A stretch of DNA of 25,990 bases. Origin: a virus (lineage: Duplodnaviria > Caudoviricetes). Shown one piece after another: positions 1 to 8,230 of the stretch. Position numbers and translations under genes: made by a program. Below the pieces are notes generated by a model. The model searched no databases. It had not been told where the DNA came from and was given only the letters and a program-made list of their open reading frames with translations. The stretch spans positions 1 to 25,990 of IMG/VR virus record IMGVR_UViG_3300014031_000006; one strand, given 5' to 3'. Every line of letters starts with the position of its first letter. The stretch's first letter is position 1.

Positions 1-1317
1 CTCGACGCAGTATTCGGCGGCACGAAGACCATGCGAGCGGCGGGCAAAACGTTCCTGCCATCGTGGCCGGGAGAAAATGACCCCGAGTACCGGAAACGCC
101 TCGGCCAAGCCGTACTATTCCCGATGTTCAAGCGCACCTGCGAGATCCTCGCATCAAAACCCTTCTCTCGCCCCATCACCCTCGCCGGAATACCGACGGA
201 GACCTCGGCCGGCCTGGAAAACATCGACAACGCCGGGCAGGGCATACACGCTTTCTTCTTTAATGTGCTCGAAAACTGCCTGTCACACGGAGTATCTGGC
301 GTTCTGGCCGATTTCCCACCGGTGGCGGCCGCACGCACCCTGGCGGATCAGAAAGCCGTTGGCGCGCACTCATATTTAGTCCATTATCCCGCTGGATCGG
401 TGCTGGGTTTCACGCCGCCTCCACCAGGGGAAACTAACCCGACAATGCTGCGCCTACTGGAACGCGCGGTCATCCCCGACGGTGCTTTCGGGGAGAAAAT
501 CGTCGAACAGGTGCGCGTTCTGTACGAGGGCGGCGCTTGGGAGGTCTGGCGCGAGTCGGAAGCCAAGAAAAACGAGTGGTATATCTTCGAATACGGAACG
601 TCCAGCCGCCGGGACATACCCTTCACGTTCTTCTACGGCAACCGGACGGGGTTCGGCACCGGTGAGAGCCCCCTGAAAGACCTCGCCTACCTGAACGTCG
701 AACACTGGCAGAGTTCCAGCGACCAACAGACCATCTTGCACGTCGCCCGTGTGCCTATCCTGTTCATGAAGGGGTTCGCTGATACCGAGTCCTTCATGAT
801 TGGCGCGGCGACGGCGGCGACGGCAACGAACAAAGACGCGGACATGAAATACGTCGAGCCGCAGGGAGCGGCGATCGGACACGGGCGCACATCTATCCTC
901 GACCTTGAGGAGCGCGGACGCGCGATCGGCGCGGAGCTGCTGGTACGCAAGACGAACCGCATGACCGCCACACAAGTTGAGTCGGAGGACACCGCCGGCG
1001 ACTGTATGCTGCAGGCCATTGTGGAAATGTTCGAACTCGGCGTAAAGAACTGCTTGAGGAACCTGGCCATCTGGAACGGCGAGGATGCGTCTCTGATCGA
1101 CGCCGAGGTATTCAGCGAATTCAGCGAGTCCAGCCTGAGCGACGCGATAGCCAACGTGGTGTTCACTGCGGTTGCCGCACGTGACCTGTCCAAGCAGACC
1201 GGCTTCGAAATCTTCAAGCGATCGGGATATATCGACGCGGAACTGACGTGGGAACAGGAAAAAGCGCGGCAGGACAGCCAACCAGCGGACGTACCGCCAC
1301 CGCCCGTGGTGCCGTAA
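1..1317 (+). CDS. Phage portal protein (DUF4055-like), 5' end lies upstream of the window
   Basis: Frame is open from base 1 (LDAVFGGTKTMRAAGKTFLP, typical N-terminal portal motif GGT..MR.AG..YLP). Also PLKDLAYLNVEHWQSSSDQQTILHVARVPIL. Sits upstream of scaffold and capsid. Confidence 0.88.
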   Translation, partial: LDAVFGGTKTMRAAGKTFLPSWPGENDPEYRKRLGQAVLFPMFKRTCEILASKPFSRPITLAGIPTETSAGLENIDNAGQGIHAFFFNVLENCLSHGVSGVLADFPPVAAARTLADQKAVGAHSYLVHYPAGSVLGFTPPPPGETNPTMLRLLERAVIPDGAFGEKIVEQVRVLYEGGAWEVWRESEAKKNEWYIFEYGTSSRRDIPFTFFYGNRTGFGTGESPLKDLAYLNVEHWQSSSDQQTILHVARVPILFMKGFADTESFMIGAATAATATNKDADMKYVEPQGAAIGHGRTSILDLEERGRAIGAELLVRKTNRMTATQVESEDTAGDCMLQAIVEMFELGVKNCLRNLAIWNGEDASLIDAEVFSEFSESSLSDAIANVVFTAVAARDLSKQTGFEIFKRSGYIDAELTWEQEKARQDSQPADVPPPPVVP

Positions 1318-1318
1318 C

Positions 1319-1423
1319 ATGGAGCGGCTCGTTCTGTTGGCACTTTACATCGGAACGTTAGTTTTCATATCACCATGGGTCGCCGCGGTGTGGTTCATTT
1401 GGGACAAACTGACCGGCGGATGA
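1319..1423 (+). CDS. Putative 34-aa single-pass membrane peptide (MERLVLLALYIGTLVFISPWVAAVWFIWDKLTGG)
   Basis: Translated by hand. ATG lies 1 nt after the portal stop and the product is almost entirely hydrophobic. Below the ORF-track size cut-off; no clear RBS. Confidence 0.5.
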   Translation: MERLVLLALYIGTLVFISPWVAAVWFIWDKLTGG

Positions 1424-1607
1424 CCCCCGCAGTGGGTGAGACCGTTCACCGATTCACGCCAATCAAGGCTCCAACGTGTTAAGGCAGTATTTCTAACCAG
1501 ATTGAAAGTTTACCGGTATCTGGTTCGTTGCCCATCAAGTGCTTTGTACCGCGTGGCGAGCGTGGGTTGAGGAGTTCCCCCGAAGGGGAGGAGCAACCGG
1601 ACATCTG
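1417..1607 (+). ncRNA. Candidate structured non-coding RNA, family unknown
   Basis: Nested complementary segments found by eye, including AACCAGAT/ATCTGGTT, GGCAG/TTGCC, CAAGGC/GCTTTG, CGCCA/TGGCG, GGTGA/TCACC and TCCCC-CGAA-GGGGA. Several G-U pairs favour the + strand. Confidence 0.45.
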
Positions 1608-1621
1608 AGGAGAACAGTAGC

Positions 1622-1831
1622 ATGAAGAAGAAAACCACGCTACCCCAAATTCCCGAGAATTGCTGCCTCGCGTGTACCTTCGCCCGAACAGAGAAATCCG
1701 ACGTTTTCTGCTTCGTAGACCCACCAAAGGAGTATTGCGAAGCCGATGGCGAAAAGACATATTCGCGGGGCTACCCGATTCTTGCCAACGACCCGCCTTG
1801 CCGATTTTTCAAACCGAAGGAGCATGCCTGA
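1622..1831 (+). CDS. Small Cys-rich, probably metal-binding phage protein (69 aa)
   Basis: RBS GAGGAG upstream. Motif CxxC...CFVDPP...YP...CRFF. Stop overlaps the next start (TGATG). Confidence 0.7.
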   Translation: MKKKTTLPQIPENCCLACTFARTEKSDVFCFVDPPKEYCEADGEKTYSRGYPILANDPPCRFFKPKEHA

Positions 1832-3006
1832 TGGCCACACCCCCCCTACCAGACGCAGTATTGCAGGCAGCCGTAAACGCGGTCGCGAAGCACCAAGGGA
1901 ACGTCTCTCACGCGGCGGTAGAGTTGAATATGAGCCGGGCAACCTTGCGTAACAGATTGGACACGGCGCGTCGTCGGGGGGTCAGCAGCACGATAGAGAA
2001 GATCGAAACTCTGCACGGATGGAATCCAAGTCACGATTTGACCAAAGTAATTCCGGATCCCTTGGTAATCCGGGGAACATCTTCCCTCTACAAGGATGGT
2101 GTACTCAAACTACAATGGGTGAAAACCAAACTCGACGATCAGCGAGTAGAAGTCGCTCTTCGCGCGGCGGTTGACGAGTTGGCGGCGGGGATTCCACGCG
2201 CTCTCCCGATCACCCCACCGACGCACTTCATCAACGACCTGTGCTGCCTCATTACCCTTACGGACTGCCACATTGGGATGAAAGCGTGGAAACCTGAGAC
2301 GGGAGACGACTGGGACCTGGCGATTGCCGAAGAAATGTTGACCAAATCAGTGGACTACTTGATCGAAGCCTCCCCACCAGCGTCACTATGCTTCATCAAT
2401 CAACTCGGCGACTTCCTCCATTTCGATAGCCTACAGGCCGTTACTCCGTTGCACGGCAATTTGCTGGACGCCGACAGCCGCTACTCGAAAGTTGTACGGG
2501 TGGCCACCAGGATACTCCGGTATGCCGTGGACAAAGCCCTGCGCCACTACGAACGAGTCGTTGTGCTCATATCGGAAGGCAATCACGATCCGGCGTCTTC
2601 CGTGTGGCTGCGACATCTGTTCGGCCTTCTCTACGAGAACGAACCGAGGGCATCGGTCATGGAAGCGGAAATGCCGTACTCCGCCTATGAGCACGGAACA
2701 ACGCTGCTTGCGTTCCACCACGGGCACCTTACCAAAATCGACAAACTCCCCATTCTGTTCGCCGCACAATTTCCTGAAGAGTGGGGCCGCACGAAGTACC
2801 GTTTCTGTCACACGGGACACCAACATCACGAGGAAGAGAAAGAGCATAGCGGCATGACGGTGATCATGCACCCCACCATGGCTGGCCGTGATGCCTATGC
2901 GGCGCGAGGAGGGTGGATTGCCGCCAGACGGATGAACGCGATCACCTATCATACCAAGTACGGTCGGGTGGCAACCACGACGGTCGTTCCTGAGATGCTC
3001 GTGTAG
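1831..3006 (+). CDS. N-terminal Fis-like HTH fused to a calcineurin-like metallophosphoesterase (391 aa)
   Basis: HTH-like GNVSHAAVELNMSRATLRNRL. All five metallophosphoesterase motifs are present: DCH, GDFLH, GNHD, HHGH, GHQH. Start reassigned to ATG 1831, coupled to the upstream stop. Confidence 0.85.
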   Translation: MATPPLPDAVLQAAVNAVAKHQGNVSHAAVELNMSRATLRNRLDTARRRGVSSTIEKIETLHGWNPSHDLTKVIPDPLVIRGTSSLYKDGVLKLQWVKTKLDDQRVEVALRAAVDELAAGIPRALPITPPTHFINDLCCLITLTDCHIGMKAWKPETGDDWDLAIAEEMLTKSVDYLIEASPPASLCFINQLGDFLHFDSLQAVTPLHGNLLDADSRYSKVVRVATRILRYAVDKALRHYERVVVLISEGNHDPASSVWLRHLFGLLYENEPRASVMEAEMPYSAYEHGTTLLAFHHGHLTKIDKLPILFAAQFPEEWGRTKYRFCHTGHQHHEEEKEHSGMTVIMHPTMAGRDAYAARGGWIAARRMNAITYHTKYGRVATTTVVPEMLV

Positions 3007-3041
3007 TGAGGACGCCTCGGCCCCACCAGCGAAGTGAGCAC

Positions 3042-3070
3042 TTGCAAACTCTGAAACCATGTGATACTGT
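3042..3070 (+). promoter_or_regulatory. Putative sigma70 promoter upstream of scaffold/capsid genes
   Basis: TTGCAA (3042-3047), 17-nt spacer, TACTGT (3065-3070) with extended TG at 3062-3063, in an intergenic gap. Confidence 0.5.
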
Positions 3071-3140
3071 AACTCCCAATTATGGCGTGAAAACGCAAAA
3101 ACTTTGCCCGTAAGGGTGCTATGTGGGGTGAAAACCTAAA

Positions 3141-3875
3141 ATGAAATTGAAACTTGACGAGAATGGACACGTTGTAGTTGTTGAAGGTAAACCAGTGTAT
3201 GTTCACGATGACGGCAAAGAGATCGAGTTCGACGGCAAACAGGCTTTTGAGAAAATCGCCCAGCAAGGCCGAGATATTCAGAACTACAAAACCCGATTCG
3301 AGGCGACGGTTGCCGAGTTGAAGGGATTCGAGGGCATTGACGCTACCGCAGCGAAAGACGCTTTGGACAAGGTGAGCAAACTTGACCAGAAAAAGCTGAT
3401 TGATGCCGGCGAGGTGGACAAGGTTCGTAACGAGGTTCAGAAGGTTTATGAAACTCGTTTGTCGGAAAGCGAAGCGAAGCGCCAAAAGGCCGAGCAAGCC
3501 CTGACAAATGAAATGATCGGCGGTAATTTCGCTCGATCTAAGTTTCGTACCGATAAGATGGCCGAGAACATCCCGATCGACATGGTGCAAGCGACATTTG
3601 GTGGGAAATTCAGTATTGAAGACGGGAAGGTCGTAGCGACCGACTCGCACGGGAACAAGATTTACAGCCGTGCCAATGCTGGGGAACTCGCAACCTTTGA
3701 CGAGGCGTTGGAAGCTCTCGTGGAAAGCCACCCGTCTCGGGATAGTTTGCTGAAAGGTAATGGATCTCAAGGATCCGGCGCACAACGCGGCAACCCGAAC
3801 AAAGGTGGTCCCGATCTATCAAAGTTGCCACCTGTCGAACGCATGAATGCGGCGCGGGAGATAAAGGCGACGTAA
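3141..3875 (+). CDS. Capsid scaffolding protein (DUF6651-like)
   Basis: MKLKLDENGHVVV..GKPVYVHDDGKEIEFD start, coiled-coil middle, ANAGELATFDEALE motif, Gly-rich C-terminus; directly before the capsid gene. Confidence 0.85.
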   Translation: MKLKLDENGHVVVVEGKPVYVHDDGKEIEFDGKQAFEKIAQQGRDIQNYKTRFEATVAELKGFEGIDATAAKDALDKVSKLDQKKLIDAGEVDKVRNEVQKVYETRLSESEAKRQKAEQALTNEMIGGNFARSKFRTDKMAENIPIDMVQATFGGKFSIEDGKVVATDSHGNKIYSRANAGELATFDEALEALVESHPSRDSLLKGNGSQGSGAQRGNPNKGGPDLSKLPPVERMNAAREIKAT

Positions 3876-3891
3876 CTAAAGGAACTGAATC

Positions 3892-4818
3892 ATGGCCTTG
3901 ACCCTGCTTGAAGCTGCAAAACTCGAAACTGGCGATGCTTATCGCTCCGGCGTCATTGAACTGTACGCAGGTTCAAGCGACATCCTTTCGTACCTTCCGT
4001 TCGACGACATCGTTGGCAACGCACTGAAATACAATCGCGAAGGCTCTTTGCCCGGCGTCGGTTTCCGTGGCGTCAACGAAGCCTACACGCCCAGCACCGG
4101 CGTACTGAACCCCATGACCGAAGCACTGGTCATCGCAGGCGGCGACCTGGACGTGGACAAATTCATCATCGACACGATGGGAATGAAGCAGCGTTCGTCT
4201 CAAGAAGCCATGAAGATCCGTGCGCTGTCACTGGCATGGACTCGCAAGTTCATCAAGGGCGACACCGCCTCTGACCCCCGTGAGTTCGATGGCTTGCAAA
4301 CCCGCGTAACCGGCGACCAGATCATCTCCGCAGGAACAACCGCAAACGGCGCGGCATTGTCTTTGGGCGTCCTCGACGCCGCGATCGACCAAACGTTGAA
4401 CCCGACCCATCTGATCATGTCGAAGGCAATGGCGCGTAAATTCAGCGCTGCGGCTCGCGATACGACAATTGGGGGCTACATCAGCTACGACAAGAACGCT
4501 TTCGGTAAGCGTGTCATGATGTACAATGACCTGCCAATCCTGACCGTCGATCTGGACAACACTCAGACTGCCATCCTTCCGTTCTCGGAAGCCGCTAGCT
4601 CCGGTACTGCGACCGCATCCTCGATCTACGTGGTCAGCTTCACTTCCGAAGGTTTGCAGGGTATCCAGAACGGTTCGATCAGCGTGCGCGACTTGGGCGA
4701 ATTGCAAACCGCTCCGGTGTACCGTACCCGTATCGAATGGTACAACGGCATGGCGATCTTCAATGGTCGTGCAGTGACCCGGATCAAGTTCATTGGCGAC
4801 CTCGCCCTCGTGAAGTAA
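3892..4818 (+). CDS. Major capsid protein (HK97 fold)
   Basis: 308 aa, strong RBS AAAGGA, motifs YNREGSLPGVGFRGVNE and FIKGD...EFDGL; position after scaffold. Confidence 0.9.
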   Translation: MALTLLEAAKLETGDAYRSGVIELYAGSSDILSYLPFDDIVGNALKYNREGSLPGVGFRGVNEAYTPSTGVLNPMTEALVIAGGDLDVDKFIIDTMGMKQRSSQEAMKIRALSLAWTRKFIKGDTASDPREFDGLQTRVTGDQIISAGTTANGAALSLGVLDAAIDQTLNPTHLIMSKAMARKFSAAARDTTIGGYISYDKNAFGKRVMMYNDLPILTVDLDNTQTAILPFSEAASSGTATASSIYVVSFTSEGLQGIQNGSISVRDLGELQTAPVYRTRIEWYNGMAIFNGRAVTRIKFIGDLALVK

Positions 4819-4848
4819 TCGTAACGCCAATCGAAAGGAACTAAAATC

Positions 4849-5283
4849 ATGGCAAATCTTTATTCTCAACGTACCTACGACGCAGCCACGCTTATCCGTG
4901 CGCTGGGCGCGGCGATCACAGCTACCGAAACTGGCTCCGTCATTTTGGATATCGGGGCCGGTCTGGCTGACGGTGACCTGGTGATCGACTACTCCGCATT
5001 GGACGCAGCGACTGGCGATGAGGCATACCACTTCATGCTGGAAGGCTCCCCCGATGCGACATTCGGCACTGCCGGCAATATCATGGTTGTGGCGCAACTG
5101 TTGGTCGGTGGCGCTACGGCTACCGCCCCGAACGGCGCTGCCGATGCCGCTGCTGGCCGTCTGCTCGTACCGTTCCGTAACGAGCGCAACGGTACGATTT
5201 ACCGTTACCTGCGTCTGTACACGAAACTGGCGGGCACCTCACCAAGCATCATCTTCCAAGCCTTCTTGGCCAAGGATGAGTAA
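4849..5283 (+). CDS. Probable capsid cement/decoration protein
   Basis: 144 aa beta-rich protein with C-terminal YRYLRLY, immediately after the capsid gene with a near-identical RBS context. Confidence 0.6.
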   Translation: MANLYSQRTYDAATLIRALGAAITATETGSVILDIGAGLADGDLVIDYSALDAATGDEAYHFMLEGSPDATFGTAGNIMVVAQLLVGGATATAPNGAADAAAGRLLVPFRNERNGTIYRYLRLYTKLAGTSPSIIFQAFLAKDE

Positions 5284-5285
5284 TC

Positions 5286-5936
5286 ATGTCCAACAACAAA
5301 GTTGAAGGATATACGCTGGTCAACGCCAACATCAAACAAGTAAAAACGCTTGATATTGGAGTCGGCGCGGCAGATGGTTCTATTCCGGCCGTTCTTGCCG
5401 CTCAGACAGCGGCAGGGACCGCATTTTCTGCCTTCACCACAGCAAAATCTGTGATCAACGGGAGCGAAGTGGTACAACTCCCCGCCAATTACTTCGTGCC
5501 AGGTAAGAAGTTGCGTTTGAAGGTTGCTGGTGGAATCTCCAACATCATCACCACGCCCGGTACGGTTTCTTTTCAAATGATGCTGGGTGCGGTGATCGCG
5601 TGGACCTCTGGCACCATCCAACTGAACGCGGCAGCGCACACTTTGCTTCCGTTTGCTTTGGAAGTCGATTTGCGCTGCGACTCTGTGGGGGCGACCACTA
5701 CCGCAAAACTTCTCGGTATCGGTAGTCTGCGCGGAATCATGTTCACGCTTACCGCCGGTCAAGTGGACGGGGTGAATTCTGGAGCAATAATGATGGTTCC
5801 TGCGACGGCTCCAGCCGTTGGAACAGGTTTCGATTCCACCGCTGCCCAAACATTGGATTTCTTTACGGCCTTCTCAATCAGCGCAGCGGGGAATGCAGTT
5901 CAGATTTACGACTACACGCTGGAAGAATTGAACTAA
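5286..5936 (+). CDS. Putative virion structural (head-associated) protein, 216 aa
   Basis: Ala/Gly/Thr-rich beta-strand pattern, tightly packed in the head operon before a terminator. Confidence 0.6.
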   Translation: MSNNKVEGYTLVNANIKQVKTLDIGVGAADGSIPAVLAAQTAAGTAFSAFTTAKSVINGSEVVQLPANYFVPGKKLRLKVAGGISNIITTPGTVSFQMMLGAVIAWTSGTIQLNAAAHTLLPFALEVDLRCDSVGATTTAKLLGIGSLRGIMFTLTAGQVDGVNSGAIMMVPATAPAVGTGFDSTAAQTLDFFTAFSISAAGNAVQIYDYTLEELN

Positions 5937-5942
5937 TGCCCA

Positions 5943-5968
5943 GGGCGGCATCACGCCGCCCATTTTTT
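5943..5968 (+). terminator. Rho-independent terminator after head genes
   Basis: GGGCGGC-ATCAC-GCCGCCC perfect 7-bp stem followed by ATTTTTT. Confidence 0.75.
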
Positions 5969-5979
5969 AAGGAGACACA

Positions 5980-6237
5980 ATGGCTCTTGTTACTGTTTAT
6001 GACGCAAAAGGTGTTCCGGCCTCCGTAGATGCCTGCGATGCGCGCGAGTACGTCGCATCCGGTAGCTGGTTTAGCGCCAATCCGACGGCCACTGAGGGCA
6101 AGGCCGTCCACCCCGCGCCCGAGATGAACGGTACGCAGTTGCGTGCCACGTTGGTTGCGATGGGCATCGAAGTGAAAAGTAATGCCACGAAGGCAGAGAT
6201 GAACGCCCTTTTGGACGAAGCTACCAAAAAGGAGTAA
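5980..6237 (+). CDS. Small protein with C-terminal HeH/LEM-like motif
   Basis: RBS AAGGAG. MNGTQLRATLVAMGIEVKSNATKAEMNALL fits the helix-extension-helix pattern common after capsid genes. Confidence 0.7.
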   Translation: MALVTVYDAKGVPASVDACDAREYVASGSWFSANPTATEGKAVHPAPEMNGTQLRATLVAMGIEVKSNATKAEMNALLDEATKKE

Positions 6238-6240
6238 ACC

Positions 6241-6360
6241 ATGCCCACCCCAAAAATTATTCGCTCAAACACCGCGTTTCAGGTAGTGCTGAAACCGACG
6301 GTGAAACGCTCGACGGGACCAACTACCTCCGTGAAGCCCGCGCCGAAACGCGGAAAGTAA
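6241..6360 (+). CDS. 39-aa basic Lys/Pro/Thr-rich peptide (MPTPKIIRSNTAFQVVLKPTVKRSTGPTTSVKPAPKRGK)
   Basis: Translated by hand. RBS AAGGAG, and it fills the gap between neighbours with 3-nt spacing on each side. Confidence 0.65.
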   Translation: MPTPKIIRSNTAFQVVLKPTVKRSTGPTTSVKPAPKRGK

Positions 6361-6363
6361 CCT

Positions 6364-6768
6364 ATGGCGCTCACATCTACCCAGATATCGGACTGCCGCC
6401 GGTTCATGGGCTACCCGTCACAAGGGCAGTATGCGTACACCGACACGCAGGACGCGGCCTACGCCTGGATCGTTCCGGGCGTTCGGACCACCCTGTTTAC
6501 CCGGCTCGACACCCTGCGTCCCGAAGAAGAAACCATTCTGTCCGCGAGCTACCTGGTTCCCCTCAACGCCATGGAAGTCCTGATGATTGCCGACGGCACG
6601 AATCTCGACACCAACAAGGCAGCGGTGTGGGAGCGCAATCAGAATGTGCTTAACGACCGCGAGCAACTCTACACTTCGCTGCGCCGCCGCTTGTGCGCCT
6701 TTCTGGGGTACTCCCCCGGACCAGGTCTGTCGGCATCATCCAACTCCGTTCGCCTAGTTCGTTGCTGA
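6364..6768 (+). CDS. Putative head-tail adaptor
   Basis: 134 aa helical protein (DCRRFMGYP) at the first neck position. Function from synteny. Confidence 0.6.
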   Translation: MALTSTQISDCRRFMGYPSQGQYAYTDTQDAAYAWIVPGVRTTLFTRLDTLRPEEETILSASYLVPLNAMEVLMIADGTNLDTNKAAVWERNQNVLNDREQLYTSLRRRLCAFLGYSPGPGLSASSNSVRLVRC

Positions 6769-6769
6769 G

Positions 6770-7402
6770 ATGGATGGCGCCGGACTCCAATCCATAATTG
6801 ATCGTGGGTACGGCATCGCCGCCCAGCGTATCGGCTTTCCGTGCAGTGTGTACCGCCCCGCGTCGATGCTCAACCCTGTTGGCGGAACGCCGCTATATAC
6901 GAACGTCATGGCCAGCTTCACCACGGGGTCTGAGTATTCTCGATACAACAAACCGAAAGTGCCGGACTGGACCGCCCTGCTGGACGGAACGAATATCCAG
7001 ATAGGTGACTGGTTCGTTGGCGCGCAGGGAACTTTCTATATCGCGGACATGCAGAAGATCCTGCCGATCGCTGCGATAAGGTGCAACCGCACGGTGAGCA
7101 TCGTTCGGCCTACCTACACTGTGACCGGTGTGATGGAGCAGGTTGACTCGACGATTGCAACAGCATTGCCAGTATTCGCCTATACCTCGCGCGACAAAGC
7201 TACGGCCCCGTCCGCATTCCCGTCGCCGACCGAATCCGCAGCCGGTATGCCGGTGATGGAATTTTACATAAACGCCCACACCATAGGCCAGATTTTGAAG
7301 AATGATGTGATTGTTGATGAGAACGGCGATAGGTATGTGATTGATGCACCGACATTCACATCGTTTGGATTCGTCGTGCTGGCGCATATCGAGAAGCCAT
7401 GA
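6770..7402 (+). CDS. Putative head-closure/neck protein
   Basis: 210 aa beta-rich ORF between adaptor and morphogenesis genes. Function from synteny only. Confidence 0.55.
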   Translation: MDGAGLQSIIDRGYGIAAQRIGFPCSVYRPASMLNPVGGTPLYTNVMASFTTGSEYSRYNKPKVPDWTALLDGTNIQIGDWFVGAQGTFYIADMQKILPIAAIRCNRTVSIVRPTYTVTGVMEQVDSTIATALPVFAYTSRDKATAPSAFPSPTESAAGMPVMEFYINAHTIGQILKNDVIVDENGDRYVIDAPTFTSFGFVVLAHIEKP

Positions 7403-7839
7403 GTGTGACCGTTGACGACAGCGCAGTAATGGCCGAGATTAGCGCGATGATCGAACGTCTCGCCCATCCCGAGCAGTTACTTGAGATGGTTGGCACCTGG
7501 CAGGAACACCGCATCGAGGAACGCATCGAAACGACCAAGATTTCGCCGGATGGCGTGCCTTGGGCGGACTGGCAGTTACGGACACTAAAGAACCGCCAGG
7601 CAAAACCGTCGACATTGCATCGTGGCCTGTTGTGGGACGAAGGCGTGTTGCTCGGCAGTTTTGGATTTGAGGTAAACGGCAACGGCGTGGAAATTGGTAC
7701 ACATCTGGATTACGCCAAGGCGTTGCAAGACGGATACGGTAATATGGCGGCGCGCGAGTTTGTTGGCTGGTCGCCGGAGGATCTGGAACAGTTGGATATG
7801 ATGGCGACAGCGTTTATTGAAACGGGGGCGATGCCGTGA
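7399..7839 (+). CDS. Phage virion morphogenesis protein (Mu gpG / tail-completion-like)
   Basis: Motifs SPDGVPW, LLWDEGVLLGS, VEIGTHLDYAKALQDG, MAAREFVG. Confidence 0.8.
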   Translation: MSVTVDDSAVMAEISAMIERLAHPEQLLEMVGTWQEHRIEERIETTKISPDGVPWADWQLRTLKNRQAKPSTLHRGLLWDEGVLLGSFGFEVNGNGVEIGTHLDYAKALQDGYGNMAAREFVGWSPEDLEQLDMMATAFIETGAMP

Positions 7840-8024
7840 GATGCCGTAAATGCGATATTGAGATGCTGCCCGGCACAGCTATTCAGGAGACGCTTGCCGG
7901 TGTGCCGGACTTCATCGGTAGCAATGACGTTGTTACCCTGTCGCCCGGCGGCAACGGCAAATTGGTTGAATGTTTGAAATGTCCGCAGTGCGGGCGCAGT
8001 GTTACTAAAGGAGAAACAACATGA
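7836..8024 (+). CDS. Small zinc-ribbon protein (62 aa)
   Basis: CRKC...CPQCG. GTG start overlaps the upstream stop, and its stop overlaps the next ATG. Confidence 0.65.
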   Translation: MRCRKCDIEMLPGTAIQETLAGVPDFIGSNDVVTLSPGGNGKLVECLKCPQCGRSVTKGETT

Positions 8025-8230
8025 CCCAGAAAGTGATTCTATCGCAGGATTTCAAGGATGTGGACGGCGTACAGCACCATACTGGTGACACCGTGGACAT
8101 GGACGACGACACCTACGACTGGCTGGTTGGGTCGTTGCGTGCCTCGTTTCAGCCGCTGCCAACGGTCGTTGTGCCAGTCAAGGCCGCGCCGTCATGGTCG
8201 GCTAAACCCGCACCCGATAGCGCATCGTAA
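8021..8230 (+). CDS. Hypothetical small phage protein (69 aa)
   Basis: Strong RBS AAAGGAG, coupled overlaps at both ends. Confidence 0.65.
   Translation: MTQKVILSQDFKDVDGVQHHTGDTVDMDDDTYDWLVGSLRASFQPLPTVVVPVKAAPSWSAKPAPDSAS

Noticed and set aside
1417-1607. Identification as tRNA, 6S RNA or hammerhead ribozyme
   Set aside because: No T-loop/anticodon cloverleaf, no CUGAUGA core, and no 6S similarity that I can recognise; left unassigned.
1660-1830. N-terminal extensions of ORF-track calls (1660, also 15019 and 21337)
   Set aside because: They overlap better-supported upstream genes or hide a signal peptide. Coupled ATGs or RBS support starts at 1831, 15094 and 21244.
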